A stretch of DNA of 63,997 nt, filler included, from Thermoplasmatota archaeon (lineage in GTDB: Archaea > Thermoplasmatota > E2 > JACPAO01 > JAHFTW01), in the NCBI GenBank assembly GCA_041623215.1. It is 6 parts of 6 records of this genome, joined end to end, with 100 filler letters (N's around TTAATTAATTAA, not from the genome) between each part and the next. Parts side by side here need not be neighbours in the genome. Positions count along the whole stretch, not along the records: positions 1 to 12,249 come from JBFJXH010000050.1; 5 more parts are not named here. One strand, written 5' to 3'. The notes beneath the pieces are model-generated. The model was not told the origin of the DNA. It ran no database searches and saw only the letters and a list, made by a program, of their open reading frames with translations. The first letter of the stretch is position 1. Each line of letters opens with the position of its first letter. Shown piece by piece: positions 1 to 8,590 of the stretch. Both the position numbers and the translations under genes were made by a program.

Positions 1-58
1 ACGCGCTTGTCGTGCCAACTTGCGCGTGGGGCTTGGCCGTGCCAGCGTGGAGCCGCCC

Positions 59-679
59 TCAGGCCAACCAATGGTCAATGCCATCGAGGATGTATTGGAC
101 GCTGAACGCGACCACAATCATCGCCATAATCCGAGTGACCACGCGCTGGCCCGTGTCGCCAAGAATCTTGTCGAGGCGCGTGGCGGCCAGCAGCGCCAGC
201 AACGTCACAATCATGGTGGCCAGCACAGCGGCAGCTACCGTCCCAAACCCAGTTTGCGTGCTCTGCACGATGACCATGGAGAGGGCTCCCGGCCCGGCGA
301 GCATTGGCAGACCCAAGGGCACGAACGATGGGTCTTGGATGTCCTTTGGGTCGGCACTCCCGCCGGTCGGTAGGGCCACTTCACGGCGAGGAATTTCGCG
401 GCCCTCCCGGAGCATGCGAAGCCCAATCATCAGGAGGAGGACGCCGCCGGCGATGCGCACGGAGTAGAGGTTTATGCCAAGATAGTTGAGGCCCGCGCTG
501 CCACCGAACGCGAAGAGCAGGAGGATGGCTGCCGCGAAGGCGGCCCCCTGAATCGCGATTCTTGCACGCTCGGAGCGCGTCCGGCCCTCGGTGAGACCGA
601 GAAAGACGCCAATGGCGGCCGGGGGGTCCACCATAACCAGTAAGGGGACGGCGACGATGAGAACCTCCAGGACCTGCAC
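59..679 (-). CDS. MarC family inner-membrane protein
   Basis: Six hydrophobic segments with MarC-type motifs (VDPPAAIGVFLGLT, RIAGGVLL, VPLGLPMLAGPGA, VTRIMAMIV). Start moved to GTG 679, 29 nt after a TTTAC TATA-like box. Confidence 0.88.
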   Translation of the reverse strand: MQVLEVLIVAVPLLVMVDPPAAIGVFLGLTEGRTRSERARIAIQGAAFAAAILLLFAFGGSAGLNYLGINLYSVRIAGGVLLLMIGLRMLREGREIPRREVALPTGGSADPKDIQDPSFVPLGLPMLAGPGALSMVIVQSTQTGFGTVAAAVLATMIVTLLALLAATRLDKILGDTGQRVVTRIMAMIVVAFSVQYILDGIDHWLA

Positions 680-785
680 GGCGCAGGCAAGTCGCCGCGC
701 CGTAAAGCCACCGGCATTACGACGCACGGGTTCCACACGAAGATTCCCCCAACCGCTTTATGGCCAAGCCGATGATGGGCGGCTG

Positions 786-1163
786 GTGAGTAGGATTCCC
801 GTAGCCGTTGCTGTGGTGGCAACGGTGCTGGCAGCCGGGTGCCTGGGCGGCGTGGGCGGCAAAACGTGGTACGTGGTAGAAGCCGTGGAGACCGGCGGAG
901 CGCCGGTTGATGAGACGTTGCTGCCATGGGACGAAATCCCCTGGGGCTCCCAGGAGGAAACCATGTGGCGCATCCTTCGAGAAGCCGTTGAAGATGGCTT
1001 GGTAGTCAAGCGACCCCTCGAGGAACCGGTGTGGTCGGACTTGAACGCCCGCCTGGGCCAGGCATGGCAGGAAGCGCAGCCTGCCGCCGAGCCCCCCGCG
1101 ACCTATTGGATTTCGCGAGGCGACGCTACCTTTGGCATCACATTCGACGTCGTCGTCTTGTGA
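786..1163 (+). CDS. Small lipoprotein, unknown function
   Basis: GTG 786 lies 29 nt after TTTAT (757); signal peptide ends in lipobox-like LAAGC. Confidence 0.65.
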   Translation: MSRIPVAVAVVATVLAAGCLGGVGGKTWYVVEAVETGGAPVDETLLPWDEIPWGSQEETMWRILREAVEDGLVVKRPLEEPVWSDLNARLGQAWQEAQPAAEPPATYWISRGDATFGITFDVVVL

Positions 1164-1229
1164 GACCATTGCCTAGCGGTGGACGTGATGGTGGCGAAGG
1201 CTTTGAGCGGCATCGATGTCGCCGGCTTG

Positions 1230-1634
1230 ATGGATGCCACCGACCGCAACTTGCTGAATTTGCTGCGGCGCGACGGACGAGCCACGTTTGCATCCTTGGC
1301 TCAAGCACTCGGCGTAAGCGAGGGAACCATTCGTGGTCGCATGAAGCGCCTACAAGCATCGGGCGAAATTCAGCGCTTCACCGTGCGCACCCGGGGTGGC
1401 GGTGTGCGTGCCCTCATCGAGGTCAACACGGGTGGCGCGCCGACCGCTGCCACGGCCAACGCCATTGCCGCTTGGCCGGCGGTTGAGTTGGTATGGGAAA
1501 CGACGGGCGACTGGGATTTGTCGGTGGTGGCAGATTTAGGAAATCCAGACGATCTCAACACGCTTATCGACCAAGTGCGTGCCTTGGAGGGCGTCCAGGG
1601 TACGCGCAGTCGCTTGATTCTCAACGAGCACTGA
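1230..1634 (+). CDS. Lrp/AsnC family transcriptional regulator
   Basis: MDATDRNLLNLLRRDGRATFASLAQALGVSEGTIRGRMKRL helix-turn-helix; C-terminal RAM domain with TTGDWD. Confidence 0.92.
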   Translation: MDATDRNLLNLLRRDGRATFASLAQALGVSEGTIRGRMKRLQASGEIQRFTVRTRGGGVRALIEVNTGGAPTAATANAIAAWPAVELVWETTGDWDLSVVADLGNPDDLNTLIDQVRALEGVQGTRSRLILNEH

Positions 1635-1812
1635 AGAGCTTCGGCTAGGTCAAACGGGTCTGCAGGACCACCGCGAGGCATGCCGATGCCGGGTGCCAGG
1701 CAGCTGGCCTCCACGGCCCCCGCTACGGAATCCGGAGGCGTGTTTCGGATTTCGTGCGGGTCGTCTGAAATAGGGAGTGCCATTCGGCCGTTCGCAACCA
1801 CGGAGTGAACAA

Positions 1813-3159
1813 ATGGCCATTCGAGGAACCGAGACCAAGCCGCTGCTCAAGACTGCCATTCCTGGCCCGGAAGCCAAGAAAATCATCCGCAAGGATTCCA
1901 AGTACCTCGCCACCACCACGAAGTGCGCACCCATCGCTGGTGTCCGCGGCAAAGGCGTCGTCGTAGAGGATGTGGATGGCAACCGATTCCTGGACTTCGC
2001 CGCCGGCATTGGTGTGCTAAACACCGGACACTGCCACCCTCGCGTCGTGAAGGCCATCCAGGACCAGGCTGCCAAGATGATGCACTTCGCCGGCACCGAC
2101 TACTACTACTCCCAACAGGCGGACCTCGCCGAACGCCTGAACAAATTGGTCCCCATCAAGGGTGCCACCAAGACCTTCTTCTGCAACTCCGGCGCCGAGG
2201 CTAACGAGGCGGCCTTCAAATTTGCCCGCAACCACCTGGGGCGCCGCCAATTCATTGCCTTCCAGGGCGCGTTCCACGGCCGCACCCAGGGAGCTATGAG
2301 TCTCACCGCGTCCAAGGCGGTGCAGCAAAGCCTCAGCGGCCCGAGCATGCCCGGCGTCCACCACGTACCCTTTCCCGCACCGTTTCGCAACCTCTGGGGA
2401 ATCAACGGCTACGACGAGCCGCAAGAATTGGCCAACCGTGCAATGGACGCGCTTGAGTACCTGATGCAGACCAAGTTGCCCGTCGAAGACGCGGCAGCCT
2501 TGTTCTGGGAGCCAGTCCAAGGCGAGGGCGGATACCATGTCCCCCCCAAGATGTGGCCCAAAATGCTCCAGCAGTTCTGCAATGAGCATGGCATCCTCTT
2601 GGTCGCCGACGAAGTGCAGACCGGCTTCGGCCGCACGGGCAAGTGGTTCGGTAGTGACCACTTCGGCGTGAAGGCGGACATCGTCAGTATCGCCAAGGCC
2701 ATGGGCAGCGGCATGCCCATTGGTGCCAGCGTGGTCCGCGCCGATCTGGACTTTAAGGCGCAGGGCGTTCACTCCAACACCTACGGCGGTAACCTGGTCG
2801 CCTGTGCCGGCAGCCTCGCGAGCATTGACGTCATCGAGGACGAAGATCTAGTTTCCAACAGTGCCAAGATGGGCGAATTGATGGCTAAGCGGCTCGACGA
2901 AATGAAGGAACAACACGCCACCCTGGGCGACTCCCGCGGCCTCGGCTTGATGCGCGCCATTGACTTTGTTGACAAGAAGGGCGGCCACAACCCGAAGATG
3001 GCCGACAAGGTCGAAGACCTCTGCGTCAAGAATGGGCTTGTCGTGTTGGGTTGCGGCAAATCGGGCATCCGTTTCATTCCGCCGCTCAACGTCACGGCAG
3101 GCCAAATCAACGGCGCCATGGATGTTGTTGCCGAGGCGTTGAAGCAAGCCAAAGCCTAG
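1813..3159 (+). CDS. Class III PLP aminotransferase (ornithine/4-aminobutyrate aminotransferase-like)
   Basis: Motifs DVDGNRFLDF, NSGAEANE, AFHGRT, EPVQGEGG, DEVQTGFGRTG, SIAK (PLP lysine), HSNTYGGN; GGAGTGA SD before ATG 1813. Confidence 0.92.
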   Translation: MAIRGTETKPLLKTAIPGPEAKKIIRKDSKYLATTTKCAPIAGVRGKGVVVEDVDGNRFLDFAAGIGVLNTGHCHPRVVKAIQDQAAKMMHFAGTDYYYSQQADLAERLNKLVPIKGATKTFFCNSGAEANEAAFKFARNHLGRRQFIAFQGAFHGRTQGAMSLTASKAVQQSLSGPSMPGVHHVPFPAPFRNLWGINGYDEPQELANRAMDALEYLMQTKLPVEDAAALFWEPVQGEGGYHVPPKMWPKMLQQFCNEHGILLVADEVQTGFGRTGKWFGSDHFGVKADIVSIAKAMGSGMPIGASVVRADLDFKAQGVHSNTYGGNLVACAGSLASIDVIEDEDLVSNSAKMGELMAKRLDEMKEQHATLGDSRGLGLMRAIDFVDKKGGHNPKMADKVEDLCVKNGLVVLGCGKSGIRFIPPLNVTAGQINGAMDVVAEALKQAKA

Positions 3160-3266
3160 CGCGGCTGGCAGCAATGCGGCGGCAGGCGGGCCACCTGTGG
3201 TGGGGGTGCTTCACCCCGCCAAGGCGGAATCCATCAACCCTCGTTGGCACCCGCCCAAGCGCGCCG

Positions 3267-4763
3267 CTATGGCTTGAACTTCCGCGCCGCTTTCACGGCC
3301 TGATTCCATTGCCGGACCCGGCTGCGAACATCGCCGCGCTTCATCGCGGGCTCCCAAAGCGTGTCTTTGCCAGTTGCTGCGTGGACTGTGTCAACGGTCC
3401 AAATGTTGGTGGCAAGGCCGGCAAGATAAGCCGCGCCCAGGGCCGTGGATTCCACGTTAGCCGGGCGCCGGACAGGGCGACCCAACAGGTCCGCTTGGAA
3501 TTGCATCAGAGGAAAGCTATTGGTGGCTCCGCCATCCACGCGCAGCTCCGGAATCTTGTGGCCCGAGTCCTTTTCCATAGCCCACAACACGTCGGCTGAT
3601 TGATGCGCGATGGCCTCCAGGGTCGCCCTGGCCAGATGCGCCCCCGTAGTGCCGCGCGTAATCCCAAACACTGCGCCCCGTGCATCGGCATCCCAATGGG
3701 GTGCGCCAAGGCCGGTGAAGGCAGGGACAATCACGACGCCATTGGCGTCATCTCCCGCCTCCGCCGCCAAGTCGTTTACTGCGGGCGCATCGGGAATGAG
3801 TTGCAGTCCATCTCGCAGCCATTGAATCGCGGCACCGCCGACGAAAACGCTGCCTTCCAACGCATATTGGGGAGTCTCATCGATGCTGGCGGCGCGGGTC
3901 GTTAGCAGTCCCCGTTTGCTCGCGGCAGCCTCGCCGCCCGTATGTTGCAACAGAAAGCAGCCGGTGCCGTATGTGTTCTTAGCGTCGCCCGGGCGTGTGC
4001 AACCCTGGCCAAACAAGGCGGCTTGCTGGTCCCCAACGAGGCTGGCTACCGGCGCTCCACCAAGAGTCGTAGCGGCCCCGTAGATGTGGCTGGACGGTCG
4101 AACCTCGGGCAGGCAGGGGGCCGGCACATGCCACAAATCCAGCAGTTCCTCATCCCATTCGCCTGTGTGGATATTGAAGAGGTTGGTTCGGCTTGCGTTG
4201 GTGTCGTCCGTGGCATGGACTGCGCCGGCGGCGGCGGTTCCCCCGGTTAGATTCCACAAGAGCCACGAGTCGATTGTACCGAAGGCCAACTTGCCGCTCT
4301 TGGCTTGCTCGCGAGCAGCAGGGACATGGGTCAGAATCCACGACAATTTGCTGGCCGAGAAGTACGGGTCAAGCACGAGTCCGGTCTTGGCTTGCACCTT
4401 GCGTTGCCACTTGCGGCGCAGTTTGGCACATTGGGGTTCAGTGCGGCGGTCTTGCCAGACAAGGGCGCGGTGGATGGGTTCCCCCGTCACTCGCGCCCAT
4501 ACTACGGTCGTTTCGCGTTGATTGGTTATGCCGATGGCACCGAGCTTGGACTCGGGCACCGCCGCCTTCTTGAGCGCACGGCGGGCGACCAGTTGTGTGG
4601 TATCCCAGATTTCGTTGGCGTCGTGTTCCACGAGCCCCGGTTTGGGGTAATATTGGGTAAACTCGGCAAAGGAGCGTGCAAGGACCGTTCTGGCGTCGTC
4701 GAGGACCAAGCAGGTGATGCCCGTGGTGCCAGCGTCAATGGCAAGGACGTAGCTCTTCGCCAC
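3267..4763 (-). CDS. glpK: Glycerol kinase
   Basis: Motifs AIDAGTT, GITNQRETT, VWQDRRT, DPYFSASK, NASRT, GDQQAALFGQ, KNTYGTGCF, YALEGS, VDGGA. Confidence 0.96.
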   Translation of the reverse strand: MAKSYVLAIDAGTTGITCLVLDDARTVLARSFAEFTQYYPKPGLVEHDANEIWDTTQLVARRALKKAAVPESKLGAIGITNQRETTVVWARVTGEPIHRALVWQDRRTEPQCAKLRRKWQRKVQAKTGLVLDPYFSASKLSWILTHVPAAREQAKSGKLAFGTIDSWLLWNLTGGTAAAGAVHATDDTNASRTNLFNIHTGEWDEELLDLWHVPAPCLPEVRPSSHIYGAATTLGGAPVASLVGDQQAALFGQGCTRPGDAKNTYGTGCFLLQHTGGEAAASKRGLLTTRAASIDETPQYALEGSVFVGGAAIQWLRDGLQLIPDAPAVNDLAAEAGDDANGVVIVPAFTGLGAPHWDADARGAVFGITRGTTGAHLARATLEAIAHQSADVLWAMEKDSGHKIPELRVDGGATNSFPLMQFQADLLGRPVRRPANVESTALGAAYLAGLATNIWTVDTVHAATGKDTLWEPAMKRGDVRSRVRQWNQAVKAARKFKP

Positions 4764-4823
4764 GGCCGACCAGCGCACCAGCTAGCTTTAGGCCCATCGC
4801 GGGGCGCCACGGGGCGTGCAGGC

Positions 4824-5588
4824 CTACGGCGCGAGACCCACCGTCCACACCTCGACATCCACGGCTCCACGCCACAACGTGTAGTCGTACGAGATGCTCC
4901 AATCGCCTTGCTCCGGCTGCCATGCGATGTTGCTGGCTTCTTGGCCTTCGTTGCCTGTGAAGGTGCGATCGAAACGCACGTCGCCGCTTGGGTCGATCAC
5001 CTGGATGCGAACCGTGCCTAGGTTGCCCGGATCCGTAAGGGTATCCGGCCACGGCATCACCGACAGGTCAAACCGGACTTCTCGCGCATTCCCATGGACA
5101 AAGAAACTGGACTCATCCATGACGCCATTGCACGGGTCGCTGCATTGTCGGTCATGCATGTAGACGGGTTCGGGTGCGTAATCCTGCGCTAACTCGCGAA
5201 AGTCGTCGGCCAGAAACACAGTCAGGAAGGCTCCCACGAGGACGACGAAGCCGGCGATGCCGAGCAGGGTCAAGATTGTGAACTTGAGCACCCGGCCGGT
5301 GCCGCGCGCCACGTCCCGCGTCACTTGCAGGGCGACCTCGCCCTTGCTGTCTCGGATGACGGTTCGCTCTGGCTCGTAGGACAAGGCAAGCTCGCGTGGT
5401 TCGCCAAAATCTCGCAGCACTTGGCGCGTGATGGCATCGGCATCGGCTTTGGAGCCGGCGGCGGCGACGGCATCGTTCACTTGGTCGGTGAGGTGGCTTC
5501 GCAGTTCGTCGAGGATGCGACTCTTGTCGGCTTTGGGCGCCGCCAGATGGCGCTTCACTTCGTTTAGGTAATCGTCAATGCGGGTCAT
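4824..5588 (-). CDS. HAAS-domain membrane protein with extracellular C-terminal domain
   Basis: N-terminal IDDYLNEVKRHL...ILDELRSHL...FGEPRELA is the HAAS pattern; one TM helix; ATGA overlap with the PadR gene. Confidence 0.78.
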   Translation of the reverse strand: MTRIDDYLNEVKRHLAAPKADKSRILDELRSHLTDQVNDAVAAAGSKADADAITRQVLRDFGEPRELALSYEPERTVIRDSKGEVALQVTRDVARGTGRVLKFTILTLLGIAGFVVLVGAFLTVFLADDFRELAQDYAPEPVYMHDRQCSDPCNGVMDESSFFVHGNAREVRFDLSVMPWPDTLTDPGNLGTVRIQVIDPSGDVRFDRTFTGNEGQEASNIAWQPEQGDWSISYDYTLWRGAVDVEVWTVGLAP

Positions 5589-6007
5589 TTGGCAGTCTCC
5601 TTGCGTTTGGTTTCGTTGTCGGGATTGTCCGTTAGTTGGTCGAGTGTTTGCGTGACGGCGGCCGTTAGGCCTGCCCAGTCATCGAGGGCTGCGTCGAGAG
5701 CAGTCGTGCCGGCGGCGGTGGCTTGGTAGTACCGCCGCGGGGGGCCGCTGTCACCGGTACCCCAGTAGCTGGTGACCAGGCCTGCCTTCTCGAGGCGCTG
5801 GAGCAGGGGATAGGCGGTTCCTTCCTTGAACCGGAGCGTGCCATCGCTGGCGTCTCGTATGGCGGCCAGCAAGCGGTAGCCGTAGTCGGGGCCGCGGCGT
5901 GCAACGGCAGCTAGCAGAACGAGGCCAATGATGCCGCTCTTGAGCTCACGGTCCAGTTTCTCCCGGAAACGAGCGAGTTCTCCGTTGCCTTGAGGGTCTT
6001 TGGCCAT
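5585..6007 (-). CDS. PadR family transcriptional regulator
   Basis: YGYRL, EGTAYPLLQRLEKAGLV, GPPRRYY..T..G, and a C-terminal W-containing helix. Confidence 0.93.
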   Translation of the reverse strand: MAKDPQGNGELARFREKLDRELKSGIIGLVLLAAVARRGPDYGYRLLAAIRDASDGTLRFKEGTAYPLLQRLEKAGLVTSYWGTGDSGPPRRYYQATAAGTTALDAALDDWAGLTAAVTQTLDQLTDNPDNETKRKETAK

Positions 6008-6013
6008 AGAGCT

Positions 6014-6041
6014 TCAAGGTAGTCTGAGGCTCAAGGTAGTC
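6014..6041. promoter_or_regulatory. Direct repeat TCAAGGTAGTC x2, putative PadR operator
   Basis: Exact 11-mers at 6014-6024 and 6031-6041, lying between the TATA-like box and the padR ATG. Confidence 0.6.
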
Positions 6042-6074
6042 AAAAGCCTTACCCCGCCGCCGCGTCGCGGGCCC

Positions 6075-7163
6075 GTGGCCGTCTTCGCTGGCACGGTTCT
6101 CCTGCACGACCGCAGCGAAGCGGGCTGGCTCCAAACCGACGAAGGTCGCGTCACCGACTTTGGCCTCGACGACGAACCACCAGAGAAGCCGATGGCCACC
6201 GGGTGGATTTGCCCGCCGCCCGTCAATGCGCACACACACGTTGCCGACGCTTTCCTGCGCGACGCCCCCGGCAAGCCCACCGACGTCGCCAGCCTCGTCG
6301 GACCCGGCGGCTTCAAACACCGACACCTCGCAACCGCGAGGCCAAACCAACTCGTCGAAGGCATCCTCCATTATACCGACGAGATGGCAGCCATCGGAAC
6401 CAGCCACTTCATCGACTTTCGCGAAGGCGGCCTAGACGGCAGCCTGCTGCTTGACGGCCTTCGACACGAAGCCGCCAGCACGCCCGTCATCTACGGCCGC
6501 CCGGCCAGGAACACCTTTGACGAAGATGAGGCGAACGCCCTGCTGGAGCGTGTGGATGGCATTGGCTTGTCCGGGGTCCGCGACTTTGAGCGCCAACGCG
6601 ACATCGACGCGTGGGCCGAGGCCTGCCATGACGCCAAGCGACCCTGGGCCATCCACCTGTCGGAAGACCGCCGCGACGACGCGGAGAGGATTGCCGCCTT
6701 GGCGCCCCGATTCGTCGTCCATTGCACCAAGGCCAACAAGCAGGACTTTCGCATTCTGGCGGAGCACGACATCCCCATCGTCGCGTGCCCCCGTTCCAAC
6801 CGATTCTTCGGACTCAAGACGCCGCTTCCAGCCATGCAGGAGGCCGGGTGTACCGTGGCCCTTGGCACCGACAACGGCATGCTCCAAGACGGCGACTTAT
6901 TGCAGGAGGCTGCTCGCCTCAAGGCCTGGTTTCCATCCACTCAAACGGATGAACTTCTTCGCATGATGACTTGGAACGGCCGGCAACTCCTGAAGCTCCC
7001 TCCGGTGCTCCCGGCGGCCACTGGCACCCCCCTTGACCATGTTGTTCTGCCACCCAACCCCCTGCCCCCGGCACCCGACGACCGACCGGGCTGGACAGCG
7101 CCGAGTGCCGCCACCGACGCGGGTTCCCACGAACCGCAACGACAACCCCGTGCCGAATCTTAA
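6075..7163 (+). CDS. Amidohydrolase-superfamily metal-dependent hydrolase/deaminase
   Basis: VNAHTH, DFREGG, IHLSE, VHCT, CPRSN, ALGTDN motifs. Confidence 0.88.
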   Translation: MAVFAGTVLLHDRSEAGWLQTDEGRVTDFGLDDEPPEKPMATGWICPPPVNAHTHVADAFLRDAPGKPTDVASLVGPGGFKHRHLATARPNQLVEGILHYTDEMAAIGTSHFIDFREGGLDGSLLLDGLRHEAASTPVIYGRPARNTFDEDEANALLERVDGIGLSGVRDFERQRDIDAWAEACHDAKRPWAIHLSEDRRDDAERIAALAPRFVVHCTKANKQDFRILAEHDIPIVACPRSNRFFGLKTPLPAMQEAGCTVALGTDNGMLQDGDLLQEAARLKAWFPSTQTDELLRMMTWNGRQLLKLPPVLPAATGTPLDHVVLPPNPLPPAPDDRPGWTAPSAATDAGSHEPQRQPRAES

Positions 7164-7188
7164 AGCCCATGACGGACCCTTTCCATTC

Positions 7189-8532
7189 ATGCGCGTAGGT
7201 GGATTTACCTTGGCGCGACTGGCCGTGGTGGCCGTCGCCCTAGCGATGCTTGTTCCCGCCCCTGGAATGGCGGCCTTTGGTGGACCCAGTGAGCCATCGC
7301 CATCATGCGCGGGCCTTGCCACAATTGTCTGGTTCGGCGAAGGCCAAACCGAGCCCCGTTACAGCTACCACACGACCAACCACACCGTTGACGCTGCGGA
7401 CGTCATTTGCCTCGGCTGGACCTATCATTTCCCTTCCGATAGCCTCCGCCTCCGCCTCCAGGTGGACGACCACGAGGACCTCGGCACACCCCCCATTGCC
7501 AGCGTGACATATCGCATGGACCTGGAACTTCGCAACGCCAGCGATGTTCCCTTCTTTGGCTCCGTGAGCGCCACCTGGACAGGCGTTTCGCTCGAGGGGT
7601 CCTTCACACCCAACCAATACGCTGACCCAGGACAACAAGTGACCTACGACCTGGACCCCACTTGGACCTCCGGTGGCGCCCTCGACGTTGTTGTCAAAAC
7701 GGCGTGGTTTAGGGGCGGCCCCCAGGGCGACACGCCTTACCAAGCAGCAGGCGGCGATGCCTTCCTGGCCGGCGCCTTGGCTTCGGAGGGCGTGTGCCTG
7801 GACGAATGCCCAGGTGACGGCGACTTGTACCCCCCCGGCACCGCAGTTTTGCCCACGCCACCCTTGCCGGTAACCTTGCAACTCTCCCTTTCCCACTACG
7901 GCACGAACCGGCTCGAATTCTCTCCTGGTGACGACGTTCTGTTACCCATGGCCGTGTACAACGGCCGCAACGAGACAAGGGAGATTTCCTTCCAGGTGAT
8001 TGGTGATCCCGCATGGGGCTGGAACTCGTTAGCCAACGTAACCCTCGGGCCCCGCGAATCTATTGACCTCAACCTGACCGGCACCGTCCCGACTGGGGAC
8101 GCGGCCAGTTCGCTTCGCGTCATTGGCTCAAACGGCATCGTCACGGAAGACGCGGGCTGGTCCCTACTCGTCCCCGTCAAGGTGGCGATTCGCGTGCCAC
8201 CCAACTTGCACACCCAGTCAGATATGCAAGTGCGCGTTGACGCGCGCTTCCTGAACGGAGCCGCCGTTCCTGGCGCCGACGTGGTCATTGAACACCATTA
8301 CCGAGCCCTCGACTCGCGCGACATGATTGCCCCGCCCGGCAGCGGATTCCACGAAGGCCGCCAAACCGGCACAACCGATGCCATTGGCAATGCACGCTTC
8401 TTGTTCACCGACTCCCACGACTCCACGGTGCAAATGAGCGGCGGCCACCGCTACAACGCATGGGTCACGTTCGACGGCGTCACAAGTAGCAACCACCAGA
8501 ACTACGAAGTGCGGCAAAGGGGCATTGTTTAG
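7189..8532 (+). CDS. Secreted multi-domain beta-rich protein
   Basis: Signal peptide MRVGGFTLARLAVVAVALAMLVPAPGMA; Ig-like beta-rich segments; CTTAAA about 29 nt upstream. Confidence 0.65.
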   Translation: MRVGGFTLARLAVVAVALAMLVPAPGMAAFGGPSEPSPSCAGLATIVWFGEGQTEPRYSYHTTNHTVDAADVICLGWTYHFPSDSLRLRLQVDDHEDLGTPPIASVTYRMDLELRNASDVPFFGSVSATWTGVSLEGSFTPNQYADPGQQVTYDLDPTWTSGGALDVVVKTAWFRGGPQGDTPYQAAGGDAFLAGALASEGVCLDECPGDGDLYPPGTAVLPTPPLPVTLQLSLSHYGTNRLEFSPGDDVLLPMAVYNGRNETREISFQVIGDPAWGWNSLANVTLGPRESIDLNLTGTVPTGDAASSLRVIGSNGIVTEDAGWSLLVPVKVAIRVPPNLHTQSDMQVRVDARFLNGAAVPGADVVIEHHYRALDSRDMIAPPGSGFHEGRQTGTTDAIGNARFLFTDSHDSTVQMSGGHRYNAWVTFDGVTSSNHQNYEVRQRGIV

Positions 8533-8590
8533 GCCGCCGGCAGCACCTCGGCCTGGCAACACCTTTGAGCCGGGCCAAGGTCGCCGCGCC

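Noticed and set aside
1813..3159. PLP-dependent amino-acid racemase of the class III family
   Set aside because: It has QGEGG, typical of transaminases, rather than the QGDAG motif I associate with Thermococcales racemases. Not tested.
3180..3260. Nested hairpins between the convergent aminotransferase and glpK genes
   Set aside because: A GC-rich stem between convergent genes is adequately explained as a 3'-end structure; no second copy was seen.
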